This document shows, one piece after another, positions 36,394-46,578 of a stretch of DNA of 64,000 nucleotides; positions within the stretch are counted from its first letter, which is position 1; each line of letters opens with the position of its first letter. The stretch is taken from the NCBI GenBank assembly GCA_045545475.1, contig JAZQAZ010000034.1:33287-97286 (forward strand), read 5' to 3'. The translations under genes were made by a program, and so were the position numbers. Under the pieces are notes generated by a model. That model saw only the letters and a program-made list of their open reading frames with translations, did not search any database and had not been told where the DNA came from. The DNA comes from Clostridia bacterium (GTDB taxonomy: Bacteria; Bacillota; Clostridia; CAKSNL01; HGM11501).

Positions 36394-37332
36394 ATGGATT
36401 TTTTAACAACAGTAAAAGGCAGTCTTCTTGAAGGCTTCTATCCCAAGGGATGGGATATGGCTAAAATTGACGCTTGCTGCGACAAGGGCGTTGCAAGAGA
36501 GGATTTCTGGCATAAGGATTTCAATCCTGTTGAGTGCCAGAACATCTATGAATTTGACACACTTATGGGTCACGAAATTGCTCTTCAGATTAAGAAGGCA
36601 AAGGAAGAGGGTATTAAGCTTGCTATGATTCTTCCCGTAGGTCCCATGGGTATGTACAAGTGGGCATCCTACTTCATCAACGAATGGAACATCAAGTGCG
36701 ACCACGTTTACACATTTAATATGGACGAATGGGCTGACGGTGACGGAAATACTCTTGAAAACACCAACCCCGCTTCCTTCGAATACAGCATGAAGCAGGC
36801 ATTTTTCGATAAGCTTGGAGAAAATACAGTTCCTCCCGCTCAGAGAAATTTTGCTACAAAGGCAAACCTTCCCACATATCCCGAAAAGATTGCAGCGTTA
36901 AAGGCTGAAGGTGCACGTCTTGTTCTTGTATTCGGTATCGGAAGAATGTGCCACATCGCATTCTGGGAGCCTCACTTTGCTGACGACTTTAACTCTGTTG
37001 AAGAGTGGAAGAGCCAGTGCTACAGAATCGGAGCTAAGCTTCATCCTCTTACAATAGAGCAGAACGCTATTACAAGCTTTAAGAGCCGTTCTACACTTGT
37101 TCCCTGCAGAGCTAACACAATCGGTCCCGGCCTCTTCTTACAGGCTGACTATATTATCGGCGGATGCGACGGTGCTCTCGGTAGAGGAATGGGCTGGCAG
37201 GGTATGAGCTTTTTAACAACTCTCCACTACGGTCCCGAAATCAGCATTCCTTCAACATTTATGCCTACAATGCCCGGAAGACTCTTCTATCTTTCTGAGC
37301 TTGCAGGTCCGTTAGTTGCTGAATGTAACTAA
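36394..37332 (+). CDS. Glucosamine-6-phosphate deaminase/isomerase (NagB/SugarP-isomerase) superfamily protein, atypically long (312 aa)
   Basis: Weak by-eye resemblance to the NagB fold ([13 protein letters not shown].., FNMDEW). Paired with the PIG-L deacetylase. Confidence 0.6.
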   Translation: MDFLTTVKGSLLEGFYPKGWDMAKIDACCDKGVAREDFWHKDFNPVECQNIYEFDTLMGHEIALQIKKAKEEGIKLAMILPVGPMGMYKWASYFINEWNIKCDHVYTFNMDEWADGDGNTLENTNPASFEYSMKQAFFDKLGENTVPPAQRNFATKANLPTYPEKIAALKAEGARLVLVFGIGRMCHIAFWEPHFADDFNSVEEWKSQCYRIGAKLHPLTIEQNAITSFKSRSTLVPCRANTIGPGLFLQADYIIGGCDGALGRGMGWQGMSFLTTLHYGPEISIPSTFMPTMPGRLFYLSELAGPLVAECN

Positions 37333-37349
37333 GAAAATAACATAGGAAT

Positions 37350-37384
37350 AAAAAACTGTCATCCGTCAGGATGACAGTTTTTTA
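37350..37384. terminator. Bidirectional terminator
   Basis: aaaaaactgtcatcc-gtca-ggatgacagtttttt. Confidence 0.85.
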
Positions 37385-39727
37385 TTATATTTCTTCTACA
37401 GTTCCGCCAGATGGTACAGGAACTGGAACCTGAGGGGGTTCCGGGGAAGGGGTATCTTCAACTTCCGGAGCTGGGGTTATAGTTTCTGTGGTAGCAGTTT
37501 CGCTTGTGGAAGGAAGAGAGGGAGAGGAGGGTGAGGAGGGTGAGGAGGGAGTGATTGTCGATTCTCCTGTAGCCGTACCGTTTTCCGGTGAAGTTAAAGT
37601 TCCATCGGTACCCGGTAATGCTTCGAGTTCTTCTTCAGAAATGTGCTCTTCGGGAGTACATTTTTTTATACTGTAGGCCACATCCTCTTCCATATATACT
37701 CTGTATGTTGTTTCCAGTGCTGTGCATACGCTTGTAGCACGGAGTCCGCTCACGGTACACAAAGTACAACGCTGAAGATTATCAAAGCTTAAAACATCCT
37801 CAAATCTGTGTGGTTTATCCTCATAGTCGATCTGGGACATAACCTTTTTCCACAAATTAATCGCAGGGTTTCCGGAAACACTAATGTTTGTAGGAGTGTC
37901 ATAACCAACCCATGTGGCACCGATAAGTGAAGGTGTAAAGCCGACAAACCATTTGTCGTGGTTGTTTGTGGTGGTTCCTGTTTTACCTGCAAGGTCCACT
38001 CCGCTGAAGCGTGCGGAACTACCTGTACCTCCTGTTACAACCCCTGAAAGAAGCTCTGTCATTATGGTTGCTGTGGAGGACCTAATGGCTCTGTGTCTTA
38101 AGGGGTGCTTAGAATAGAGTAAGTTTCCGTTATAGTCATATATTTCGGTATAGGTGTGTGCTTCGGTATAATAACCCTTGCTTATGAAAGGTGTATATGC
38201 GGCGGCCATTTCTATGGGAGATATACCGTCGGTCAAACCTCCAAGAGACAAGGGGGCAAGGCTTTTGTCTGAAATGATTCCTTCATCGGTTTTGCGGCTT
38301 TCAACAAGAGTTGAAATTCCAAGGCCTTCTGTAAGAAATTCGTAGGATCGTTCGATTCCCATATCGTGAAGAACCTGAGCGGCAGGGACGTTGAGCGATC
38401 TTGAAATTGCAGTTTTGAGAGAGACGGGACCTGAATAGTAGCCGCCGGAGTTTCTTGGGGTCCAGGTCGTACCGTCATCCAGTGTGAAGGTGGTTTTAAC
38501 ATCGTTTAATACGCTTCCGCTGTGAATGATGCCAAAATCTAAGGCAGGAGCATATACTGATATAGGCTTTATTGAGGAGCCCGGCTGACGTGGTGCCGTT
38601 GCACGGTTGTATGTTCTTGAACCGCCTTTATCGCCTATGCCTCCGACAACGCCTTTTACCTCGCCTGTAACGGCTTCGATAACAACCATTGAGGATTGCA
38701 GAAGCTCGCCGTCTGCGTTTCTTATGAAATTAGCTTCGTCTTCGTATACACTTTCAAGAATTGCCTGTATTTCGGGATCTATCGTACATTTAATCTGCAG
38801 ACCGCCGGTGTACAGGAGATTTTGAGCCATTGCAGGGCTGTAATTATATCTTGTTTCAAGGTCTTCTAAAACTTCCTCGATAACCGTGTCAACAAAGTAG
38901 GAGTAATAAGATGTGTCAAACTCGGCCGCCCGCTCAAATATCAATTCGTAAGAAACGGCTTCGTCGTATTCCTCCTGAGTGATCATTTCAAGCTCAAGCA
39001 TTTTGGAAAGAACGGTAAGCTGTTTTTCCTTGTTTGCCTCCGGGTTAAGATAAGGGTCGTAAAGAGAGGGATACTGTGTTATTCCCGCTATGGAGGCACA
39101 TTCGGCCAGATTTAATTCACTGATATCTTTATCAAAGTAGATTTTGGAAGCAGAGCCGACACCGTTGCAGTTCTGACTGAGATAGATTGTGTTAAGGTAA
39201 AGTTCCAGTATATCGTTTTTGGATAAATCCTTTTCCAGTCTTATGGCACGATATATTTCCCTGAACTTACGGAGAATGGACCTGTCGTCTTCTTTTGTGA
39301 GGTTTTTTACAAGCTGCTGTGTGATAGTACTTCCGCCGTAAACGGAACGGTTTTTATCGAAAAGACGTAAAATGGTGTTTAGTCCTGCACCGGTAAGTCT
39401 TTTGATATCGAAGCCGGGGTGTGAATAAAAACGTTCATCCTCAATTGCAACGAAGGCGTTTTTCATATCAAGGGGAATCTCGTCAAAATTTACCCAGCTT
39501 CGGTTTTCTCCGCTGTATAGGTTCTGCATTATCACCTGTTCACCGTTATCATCCTCGTAGTACAGGACAGAAGTCATCTTCATGTTAAGCAATGAAGCGT
39601 CAATTGGTTCTGTCGTTATGCATATTGCAACGCCTGCAAGGATGGCGGTGAGCATGGCCAAAAGTACAAATGCCAGGGTAAAGCGAAGAAGCTTTTTGGC
39701 AATTTTCTTTTTACGTTTTTTAGCCAT
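37385..39727 (-). CDS. Class A penicillin-binding protein (PBP1A-type transglycosylase/transpeptidase)
   Basis: GT51 motifs AFVAIEDERFYSHPGFD and GGSTITQQL. Transpeptidase motifs SSIKP, SRN, KTGTT. Ser/Pro/Thr-rich C-terminal tail. Confidence 0.92.
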   Translation of the reverse strand: MAKKRKKKIAKKLLRFTLAFVLLAMLTAILAGVAICITTEPIDASLLNMKMTSVLYYEDDNGEQVIMQNLYSGENRSWVNFDEIPLDMKNAFVAIEDERFYSHPGFDIKRLTGAGLNTILRLFDKNRSVYGGSTITQQLVKNLTKEDDRSILRKFREIYRAIRLEKDLSKNDILELYLNTIYLSQNCNGVGSASKIYFDKDISELNLAECASIAGITQYPSLYDPYLNPEANKEKQLTVLSKMLELEMITQEEYDEAVSYELIFERAAEFDTSYYSYFVDTVIEEVLEDLETRYNYSPAMAQNLLYTGGLQIKCTIDPEIQAILESVYEDEANFIRNADGELLQSSMVVIEAVTGEVKGVVGGIGDKGGSRTYNRATAPRQPGSSIKPISVYAPALDFGIIHSGSVLNDVKTTFTLDDGTTWTPRNSGGYYSGPVSLKTAISRSLNVPAAQVLHDMGIERSYEFLTEGLGISTLVESRKTDEGIISDKSLAPLSLGGLTDGISPIEMAAAYTPFISKGYYTEAHTYTEIYDYNGNLLYSKHPLRHRAIRSSTATIMTELLSGVVTGGTGSSARFSGVDLAGKTGTTTNNHDKWFVGFTPSLIGATWVGYDTPTNISVSGNPAINLWKKVMSQIDYEDKPHRFEDVLSFDNLQRCTLCTVSGLRATSVCTALETTYRVYMEEDVAYSIKKCTPEEHISEEELEALPGTDGTLTSPENGTATGESTITPSSPSSPSSPSLPSTSETATTETITPAPEVEDTPSPEPPQVPVPVPSGGTVEEI

Positions 39728-39872
39728 CTGTTATCCTTCCTTTCCAAGAGAAAATAGCTAATAATATACAGCCTACATTATATCAGCTATTTTTTAAAAA
39801 AGTATTACAATCGCATATTTTTTTGATTACAGGTAAAAATGTTAAATGAATACTTGTGAAAGATGTGTTTTT

Positions 39873-40190
39873 ATGAAAAAAGTTTTATGTATGATTGCTG
39901 TGGCGGTAGCGGTATTTGCTTTTGCGTATTTTATTATCGGGAGCGAAAAGACAGTAAATGATGCATCAAGCGGGAAAATTGATTTGCCCGTGGCAAAAGA
40001 GAGTAGCTATATAATTTTAATTGAAGATGATGACGTGGTTTTATACAGGACAGAAAAAGGCGAAAAAATACTCATCAAACGGGAACGGCATATGCCGGCG
40101 AGAGAAGGTGACAGAGCATTGCTTCTTAAAGGGGTAAGGGTTGAAAGCTTAGAAGAGGCTCTTATGATTTTCGAGGATTTCATAAGCTAA
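39873..40190 (+). CDS. Small membrane-anchored hypothetical protein
   Basis: MKKVLCMIAVAVAVFAFAYFIIG anchor. The start could also be ATG 39846. Confidence 0.45.
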   Translation: MKKVLCMIAVAVAVFAFAYFIIGSEKTVNDASSGKIDLPVAKESSYIILIEDDDVVLYRTEKGEKILIKRERHMPAREGDRALLLKGVRVESLEEALMIFEDFIS

Positions 40191-40224
40191 TAAAAAAACT
40201 CCGATGCATTTGCATCGGAGTTTT
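40191..40224. terminator. Bidirectional terminator
   Basis: aaaaaaactccgatgca-ttt-gcatcggagtttt. Confidence 0.85.
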
Positions 40225-40231
40225 AAGTTTG

Positions 40232-41353
40232 TTAGTTAAGAATTGCAAGCTCTGTATCTTTGTCGAAGATGTGAAGTCTGTTTGTATCAAATACAACGTC
40301 AATCTTTTCGCCTGCTTTAGCCTTTGTTCTGGGGTTAACTCTTGCAACAGCGTGTGTGCCGTCGATATCAAGGTGAAGAAGAGTATCTGCACCAAGAGAT
40401 TCTGTTAAATCAACGTCAACAGTAATCATGCTGTCGGGCATTGTTGCGATGTAATTTTCTTCATCATGTACGTTTTCAGGACGGATACCGATGATAACTT
40501 CTTTTCCGATATACTCGGGATGTGTTTCCATTAGCTGCTTAGCCTTTCCTTCAACAAGGAAAATCTTGTGGCTTTCGCCGAAGGAAATAGCAACTCTTTC
40601 GCCTTCCTTATCAAGCTTTGCATTGATGAAGTTCATTTCGGGGCTTCCGATGAAGCCTGCAACGAAAAGGTTAACGGGATGATCGTAAAGTTCCTGAGGA
40701 GAGTCAACCTGCTGAATGTAACCGTCCTTCATAACAACGATCCTTGTACCCATTGTAAGAGCTTCTGTCTGGTCGTGTGTAACGTAGATGAATGTTGTCT
40801 GAAGTCTCTGATGAAGCTTGGAAATCTCAGCTCTCATCTGTACACGAAGCTTAGCGTCAAGGTTTGATAAAGGTTCGTCCATCAAGAATACCTTGGGCTC
40901 ACGAACGATAGCACGGCCGAGAGCAACACGCTGTCTCTGACCACCGGATAAAGCCTTGGGCTTTCTGTCAAGAAGGTGCTCGATGCCAAGAATCTTAGCT
41001 GCGTCAGAAACACGTCTCTTGATTTCATCCTTGGGAGTCTTTCTGAGCTTAAGACCGAATGCCATGTTATCAAATACTGTCATGTGGGGATAAAGAGCAT
41101 AGTTCTGGAAAACCATTGCGATGTCTCTGTCCTTGGGAGCAACGTCGTTCATAAGCTTGCCGTCGATATAAAGCTGGCCGGAAGAAATGTCTTCAAGACC
41201 TGCGATCATACGGAGAGTTGTGGACTTACCGCATCCGGAAGGACCAACGAGGATGATGAACTCCTTATCTTCGATTTCAAGACAAATGTCGTTTGCAGCG
41301 ATAACGCCGCCGGAATATTTCTTATAGATGTTTTTTAAACTTAAACCTGCCAT
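40232..41353 (-). CDS. Sugar ABC transporter ATP-binding protein (MsmK/MsmX/UgpC type), stand-alone
   Basis: Walker [10 protein letters not shown], signature LSGGQRQR, Walker [12 protein letters not shown], and a MalK-like regulatory C-domain. No adjacent permease genes. Confidence 0.9.
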   Translation of the reverse strand: MAGLSLKNIYKKYSGGVIAANDICLEIEDKEFIILVGPSGCGKSTTLRMIAGLEDISSGQLYIDGKLMNDVAPKDRDIAMVFQNYALYPHMTVFDNMAFGLKLRKTPKDEIKRRVSDAAKILGIEHLLDRKPKALSGGQRQRVALGRAIVREPKVFLMDEPLSNLDAKLRVQMRAEISKLHQRLQTTFIYVTHDQTEALTMGTRIVVMKDGYIQQVDSPQELYDHPVNLFVAGFIGSPEMNFINAKLDKEGERVAISFGESHKIFLVEGKAKQLMETHPEYIGKEVIIGIRPENVHDEENYIATMPDSMITVDVDLTESLGADTLLHLDIDGTHAVARVNPRTKAKAGEKIDVVFDTNRLHIFDKDTELAILN

Positions 41354-41496
41354 ATCTGATTATTTCCTCCTAAATATTGTTAAAATGATAGATTTATTAA
41401 CGATACATAAATAGGATACCACAATTTTGTAAAAAAAGAAAGTGTGTTTATTAACAAAAAAAGAAAAGTATCTTTGGCACAATTGCATAAATATAT

Positions 41497-42183
41497 CTAA
41501 AAAATACTTTCGTCCGGCTTTAAGGGGCGATATTCACCTTCTTTGAGGCTTTTGTCCAGCATAAGCTTGCCGAATTTTATCCTTTTTAAATATACAACTT
41601 TATTGCCTCTTGCCTCAAACATAAGCTTGACCTGATGGAACTTTCCTTCGGTTATTGTAAGATGAGCACTTTTTTCGGAAAGGATTGAAAGTTTTGCGGG
41701 AAGAGTCTTTGTGCCGCCCGCTATAAAAACGCCTTCTTCGAAAGCAAGCTTGTCATCTTCGGTTATTAAAGTTTCTGTTTCCACATAGTAAGTTTTTTCC
41801 ACATGTGATTTCGGGGAGAGTGCTTTATGTGCCATTTCTCCGTCATTGGAAATGATTAAAAGACCTACGGTGTCTATATCAAGTCTTCCTACGGGGAATA
41901 AATCATAGTGGTCATATTTTTTGTCGATAAGCGACAATACGGTTTTCTTGCTTTTGTCTTCTGTGGCGGATATTACGCCTGCGGGTTTATTCATCATAAG
42001 ATAAATGAAGGGGGAATAGGTAACGGCCTGTCCCGAAAAAGTGACGGAATCTTTTTCGTCAACGTGAAATCCGGGATCTTTTATTATAACAGAATTTACT
42101 GTGACATTGCCTTTCTTTATGGCGTTTTTTATTTCGCTTCGACTGCCTAAGGCACAGTCGGCAAGGAATTTATCAAGTCGCAT
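41497..42183 (-). CDS. rsuA: RsuA-family pseudouridine synthase with S4 domain
   Basis: S4 N-terminus MRLDKFLADCALGSRSE and the catalytic motif PVGRLDIDTVGLL. Confidence 0.8.
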   Translation of the reverse strand: MRLDKFLADCALGSRSEIKNAIKKGNVTVNSVIIKDPGFHVDEKDSVTFSGQAVTYSPFIYLMMNKPAGVISATEDKSKKTVLSLIDKKYDHYDLFPVGRLDIDTVGLLIISNDGEMAHKALSPKSHVEKTYYVETETLITEDDKLAFEEGVFIAGGTKTLPAKLSILSEKSAHLTITEGKFHQVKLMFEARGNKVVYLKRIKFGKLMLDKSLKEGEYRPLKPDESIF

Positions 42184-42186
42184 AAT

Positions 42187-42597
42187 TTACTCCTTTTTGC
42201 TAAGAGGAATCATATCTCCCGACAGGGAAGGATTGAGTATATCTCCGCCGCAGATTTCACCTTCTGAAATTAGAATATTTGCCAGAGTATATTCACTGTT
42301 TGTCAGCCTGAAGGAATAACGCATAATTGTTTTTCCTCTGAAAGGCGTAAGGTCAAATCCTGCTTCTTTTTGGAGATTGTTGTAGGATTCGTACACTTTT
42401 CCAAATCCCTCCGGAATGCTTATTTCTGAAATTTCATAAGGCTTTTTTTCAAATGAATACCCTTGCTCTTTCAGAAATTTTCTACAAAGAGATACGTTTT
42501 TATCGCAGGGCAAGACGGACAGAAAAAGGGCTGTAATAATTATGGCAATCAAAAGAACGGAGAGTATAATCTGACTTTTCTTAACAACAAAAAACAT
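42187..42597 (-). CDS. Hypothetical membrane-anchored protein (possibly DUF4830-like)
   Basis: N-terminal TM helix. The family assignment is from memory and weak. Confidence 0.45.
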   Translation of the reverse strand: MFFVVKKSQIILSVLLIAIIITALFLSVLPCDKNVSLCRKFLKEQGYSFEKKPYEISEISIPEGFGKVYESYNNLQKEAGFDLTPFRGKTIMRYSFRLTNSEYTLANILISEGEICGGDILNPSLSGDMIPLSKKE

Positions 42598-42648
42598 ATA
42601 AGCACCCCTTATTATGAGTTATTATATGTTTATGTAAAAAATAAGCTT

Positions 42649-42906
42649 TTATTCTAAATTGTTTTTTGCATCAAGCAATGCTTTTGCCAACTGGTCAGGG
42701 CAGCTTGTCTGTTTAAAACCGCATTTTATGCCTGCTAAGGATGCGATAATCTCATCTGCGGATTTGCCTTCGCAAAGAGCGGCTATACCCTGAAGGTTTC
42801 CGTGGCATCCGCCTTCAAAGGAAACGGCTGAAACAGTTCCGTTTTCTGATATGTCAAAGCTTACGCTTCTTGAGCAGGTCCCCTGGTTTTTTCTTGTGTA
42901 TTTCAT
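42649..42906 (-). CDS. TSCPD-domain small protein (TIGR03905-like, four Cys)
   Basis: CSRSVSFDI..G.V..VSFEGGCHGNLQGI..L..G......I..L.GIKCG...TSCPDQLA. Confidence 0.72.
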   Translation of the reverse strand: MKYTRKNQGTCSRSVSFDISENGTVSAVSFEGGCHGNLQGIAALCEGKSADEIIASLAGIKCGFKQTSCPDQLAKALLDAKNNLE

Positions 42907-42919
42907 AAAATCTTCCTTT

Positions 42920-43432
42920 CTATAATAGCTCTCTTGGTATGTGATCGGGGTCTTCTTTAAGCATTCCTGCTTCTTTTAAATCCGAAAACCCGGTCTGACG
43001 AAGCGCCTCGTATATCATTATAGCAACGGAATTTGAGAGATTTAAGCTTCTTGCCTCATCAATCATGGGAATACGGACCGAGGAGTCGGGGTTGTCCCAT
43101 ATAAGAGTTTCCGGAAGCCCCCGTGTTTCCTTTCCGAAAACAAGAAAATCTCCATCCTCATAGGATATATCGGAATAAACCTTTTTTGCCTTTGTTGTGG
43201 CGAAAAACAATCTTTTCCCTTTGGCATATTCCAAAAATGCTTCAAGATTGTCATGATATGTAATATTTAAAAGATGCCAGTAGTCAAGACCTGCACGCTT
43301 TAACTTTTTGTCGTCGATTTCAAAGCCAAGGGGACGAACCAGATGAAGTGCGGCACCGGTTGCCGCACAGGTTCTTGCAATGTTTCCTGTGTTCTGGGGG
43401 ATTTCAGGCTCGATTAAAACTATGTTGAACAT
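42920..43432 (-). CDS. trmL: tRNA (cytidine/uridine34-2'-O)-methyltransferase (SpoU family)
   Basis: MFNIVLIEPEIPQNTGNIARTCAATGA.LHLV and LNLSNSVAIMIYEALRQ. Confidence 0.85.
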   Translation of the reverse strand: MFNIVLIEPEIPQNTGNIARTCAATGAALHLVRPLGFEIDDKKLKRAGLDYWHLLNITYHDNLEAFLEYAKGKRLFFATTKAKKVYSDISYEDGDFLVFGKETRGLPETLIWDNPDSSVRIPMIDEARSLNLSNSVAIMIYEALRQTGFSDLKEAGMLKEDPDHIPRELL

Positions 43433-43448
43433 ATAAAAATCCTTTCTT

Positions 43449-44072
43449 TTATGTTGTTCCCGATGCATAGAGGGAAGGTATTTCTCCTGCTATTACTGTT
43501 TCGGAAAGCGGAAGAAGCATTTCTGCCTCCGTAACCTTATTTGAAAATGGTGCCATAAGCCGAAGAGATACTTTTGCATTTATGTATACGGAATGCTTTG
43601 TCTGATTAATGCCTGCCGATGAAAATTCCGAACTGACGGTTGCGTCTATGCTTCCCAATTGGACAATCCTCAGCGGAATCTTCATCCCTCTGCCTGAAAG
43701 GAGAGGGATTCCGGTCAGGTTACCCAAAGGGATGTTAAAAACCGAATAATCATCCTTTGCCAGCGTGCTGTTGGCTTTACTTGCAAAGGATGATGTTATT
43801 TTGTTAACCTTGGCAGAATTTAAAGAGATGCCGCATATTTTGCCGTTTTCTCTCAAAATTACCGAAAGGTCAGAAAAGTCTTCGCTTTCAGAAACAGAGT
43901 TTAAAGCTTCGTACAGTGCCGCACGGGCAATGTTGGAAGCACCGGATTCTGCAAGAACGCTGAAAGCTGAGGACATAAAAACCGCAGAAAGTGTAATAAA
44001 AATAAAAACGGTAATAAGAGAAAGCGTTATAAAAGGAAGAAACCGTCTTTTCTTTAAATTAAGCCTTTTCAT
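43449..44072 (-). CDS. yunB: Sporulation protein YunB
   Basis: N-terminal TM helix plus the conserved block IPLGNLTGIPLLSGRGMKIPLRI..LGS....V.SEF.SAGINQTKH. Confidence 0.72.
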   Translation of the reverse strand: MKRLNLKKRRFLPFITLSLITVFIFITLSAVFMSSAFSVLAESGASNIARAALYEALNSVSESEDFSDLSVILRENGKICGISLNSAKVNKITSSFASKANSTLAKDDYSVFNIPLGNLTGIPLLSGRGMKIPLRIVQLGSIDATVSSEFSSAGINQTKHSVYINAKVSLRLMAPFSNKVTEAEMLLPLSETVIAGEIPSLYASGTT

Positions 44073-44223
44073 TATATCACCCCTGAAACAGTTTATGCAG
44101 TTTCATAAAAGGGGTTACTGAGTATTATACACTATTTTGGCAGATTATGCAAGAGAAGAAATCTTGACTATTTTTGATAACTGGTATATAATAACAGAGA
44201 ATGAACTTATAAAGGAAGATTTT

Positions 44224-44976
44224 ATGAAGGAAGTAACCGTAAAGAACATTAAAATATGTTATAATGATGAAGGCGAGGGAAAATGCATTCTTTTGCTTCA
44301 CGGCTGGGGAGCAAACAAGGAAAGTCTTTCGCCGATATTCAATTCGCTTAAAAATTCCTTCAGGGTAATCGCTCCTGATCTTCCCGGTTTTGGTGCATCG
44401 GGAGAACCTTCTGATGCATGGAATGCGAAAGATTATGCCGATTTTCTTTTGGAATTCATAAAGGTTCTTGATATTAAACCCTTTGCTGCACTGGGGCATT
44501 CCAACGGCGGAAGAATACTTATTAAAGTATCGGAAACTTTTTCTCCTGAAAAGCTTATTCTTATGGACAGTGCAGGGATAAAGAAAAAGCATGGCCCCAT
44601 ATATTATGCTAAAGTATATTCGTATAAGCTTGGCAAAAAGATATTAAAACTTCCTTTATTAAATAAAACGGGACTTTACGAAAAATTAATTAAAAATGCA
44701 GGAAGCGACGATTATAAAAATTCTTCGCCTGTAATGCGGGCAACTATGAGTAATTTGCTTTCAGAAGATCTTACGGGAATGCTTCCGGGAATAAAATCGG
44801 AAACGCTTCTTATCTGGGGTACGCTTGATACGGCAACGCCAATAGCGGACGGTCGCAAAATGGAAAAGCTCATAAAAGGGTCGGGGCTCGTTGAGGTTGC
44901 CGGCGGAGGACATTTTTCCTATCTTGACAATCCCGGAAAGGTTATGGGAGCTATAAACTATTTTCTCACACATTAA
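44224..44976 (+). CDS. Alpha/beta hydrolase
   Basis: LLLHGWGAN and nucleophile elbow GHSNGG. ATG 44224 follows aaaggaag. Confidence 0.8.
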   Translation: MKEVTVKNIKICYNDEGEGKCILLLHGWGANKESLSPIFNSLKNSFRVIAPDLPGFGASGEPSDAWNAKDYADFLLEFIKVLDIKPFAALGHSNGGRILIKVSETFSPEKLILMDSAGIKKKHGPIYYAKVYSYKLGKKILKLPLLNKTGLYEKLIKNAGSDDYKNSSPVMRATMSNLLSEDLTGMLPGIKSETLLIWGTLDTATPIADGRKMEKLIKGSGLVEVAGGGHFSYLDNPGKVMGAINYFLTH

Positions 44977-44989
44977 TATATAGGAAGGA

Positions 44990-46534
44990 ATGAACCTTTT
45001 GAACTATTTGTTTTTGGTGGCAGCCTTTGCGTTTTTGCTGTTTTTTGCATTCAGCGGAACGTATTACATACATATGCTTCAGTTAAACTCATATAAAATA
45101 GAAAGATACGGTAAGTGGCTTTGCGAAAACAAGGGAAAGATTTTTGCTTTAAGGGCAATCTGGCCTGCTTTATCACTTGCACTTTTCGCTTTAGGAGATA
45201 CGGCGGTATACGTGGCGTTTTCCGTGCTTATGATTCTGGCTGTTCCGTTTAAGAAAAAGAAGGCTAAAAAGCCTCTTGTTTATACGGCCAGAGTTAAAAG
45301 ACTTATTATTGTATATATGATTCTTGGAACAGCAATTGCTGCGGGGGCTTTTTTTGTAAAAGATGGCATATGGAAAGCGGCAGTACTTGTTGTGGGGGCA
45401 TTTTTAATTCCGCATATAATTTCTCTTGCTCTTATCGTTGCGGAGCCCATGGAAAAGGGAATTTCTCAATATTATTATAACGATGCAAAGAAGATCCTTG
45501 CTTCGGCAAAGGATCTTATCGTAATAGGCGTAACAGGCTCTTACGGTAAGACAAGTATGAAGTACATAATAACAAGCCTGCTTTCCGAGAAATATAATGT
45601 GCTTATGACTCCCGGAAGCTTTAACACCACCATGGGAGTGGTGAGAACCGTAAGAGAGCAGCTTAAGCCTACCCATCAGGTATTTGTGGTTGAGATGGGA
45701 GCGAAAAACAAAGGGGATATCAAGGAGATTTGCGATCTTGTAAAGCCGGGATACGGAGTTATTTCGTCAATAGGCCCTCAGCACCTTGAAACCTTTAAGT
45801 CAATTGAAAATATAATTTCAACGAAGTTTGAACTTGCAGAGGCGGTACGCGAAAACGGAGGAACGGTATTCCTTAATTACAGCAACGACTATATAAAAAA
45901 TTACGGATTTTCCGGAAAGTTTGTTTCTTTTGGTAACAGTGAAGAGTGTACTTACAGAGCTATGGATATGAAGTGTTCATCTTCAGGTGCAAGCTTTACG
46001 ATAAAGGGCGAAGAACTTAAGACTACACTTCTCGGAGACTTCAGTGCGGTTAATATTGCCGGAGGTATGGCTGTGGCAGAGCATCTTGGCGTTAAGCTTG
46101 ATGATATAAAGGTGGCGGTTCGACGTTTGAAAGCCCCGGAACACAGACTTGAACTTAAGAAAAATCCGAGATATACGATAATTGATGATGCGTATAATTC
46201 AAATCCGGGAGGAAGCACGGCTGCACTTAAAACGCTGGCGTTGTTTGAAGAACGCAAGATTCTTGTCACCCCCGGAATGGTGGAGCTTGGAGAAGCTGAA
46301 TATGAGCTTAATAAGGAAATGGGCCGAAAGGCGGCTCATTCGGCGGATTACATAGTGCTTGTGGGTGAAAAACAGGCAAAGCCTCTGGCAGAAGGAATAA
46401 GGGAAGAGGGATTTTCTGAGGATAGGCTTTACATTGCGAAGGATATAAATGATGCTCTTTCGTATGTGTATGGGATTACGGATGTGCCTTCGGTGGTTCT
46501 TCTTGAAAACGACCTGCCGGACAATTTCCTTTGA
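44990..46534 (+). CDS. murF: MurF-like Mur ligase with a polytopic membrane N-domain of about 155 aa
   Basis: P-loop VIGVTGSYGKTSMK (about residue 180) and the C-domain DDAYNSNPGGSTAAL. Residues 1-155 form four to five hydrophobic helices. ddl lies downstream. Confidence 0.75.
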   Translation: MNLLNYLFLVAAFAFLLFFAFSGTYYIHMLQLNSYKIERYGKWLCENKGKIFALRAIWPALSLALFALGDTAVYVAFSVLMILAVPFKKKKAKKPLVYTARVKRLIIVYMILGTAIAAGAFFVKDGIWKAAVLVVGAFLIPHIISLALIVAEPMEKGISQYYYNDAKKILASAKDLIVIGVTGSYGKTSMKYIITSLLSEKYNVLMTPGSFNTTMGVVRTVREQLKPTHQVFVVEMGAKNKGDIKEICDLVKPGYGVISSIGPQHLETFKSIENIISTKFELAEAVRENGGTVFLNYSNDYIKNYGFSGKFVSFGNSEECTYRAMDMKCSSSGASFTIKGEELKTTLLGDFSAVNIAGGMAVAEHLGVKLDDIKVAVRRLKAPEHRLELKKNPRYTIIDDAYNSNPGGSTAALKTLALFEERKILVTPGMVELGEAEYELNKEMGRKAAHSADYIVLVGEKQAKPLAEGIREEGFSEDRLYIAKDINDALSYVYGITDVPSVVLLENDLPDNFL

Positions 46535-46578
46535 TTAATATATTCCTTATTATATAGGAAAGAAAGGTATTGATATAA

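Noticed and set aside
44125-44592. 155-aa ORF antisense to the alpha/beta hydrolase gene
   Set aside because: It overlaps a gene with clear catalytic motifs and has a junk-like, Phe/Ile/Lys/Cys-rich composition.
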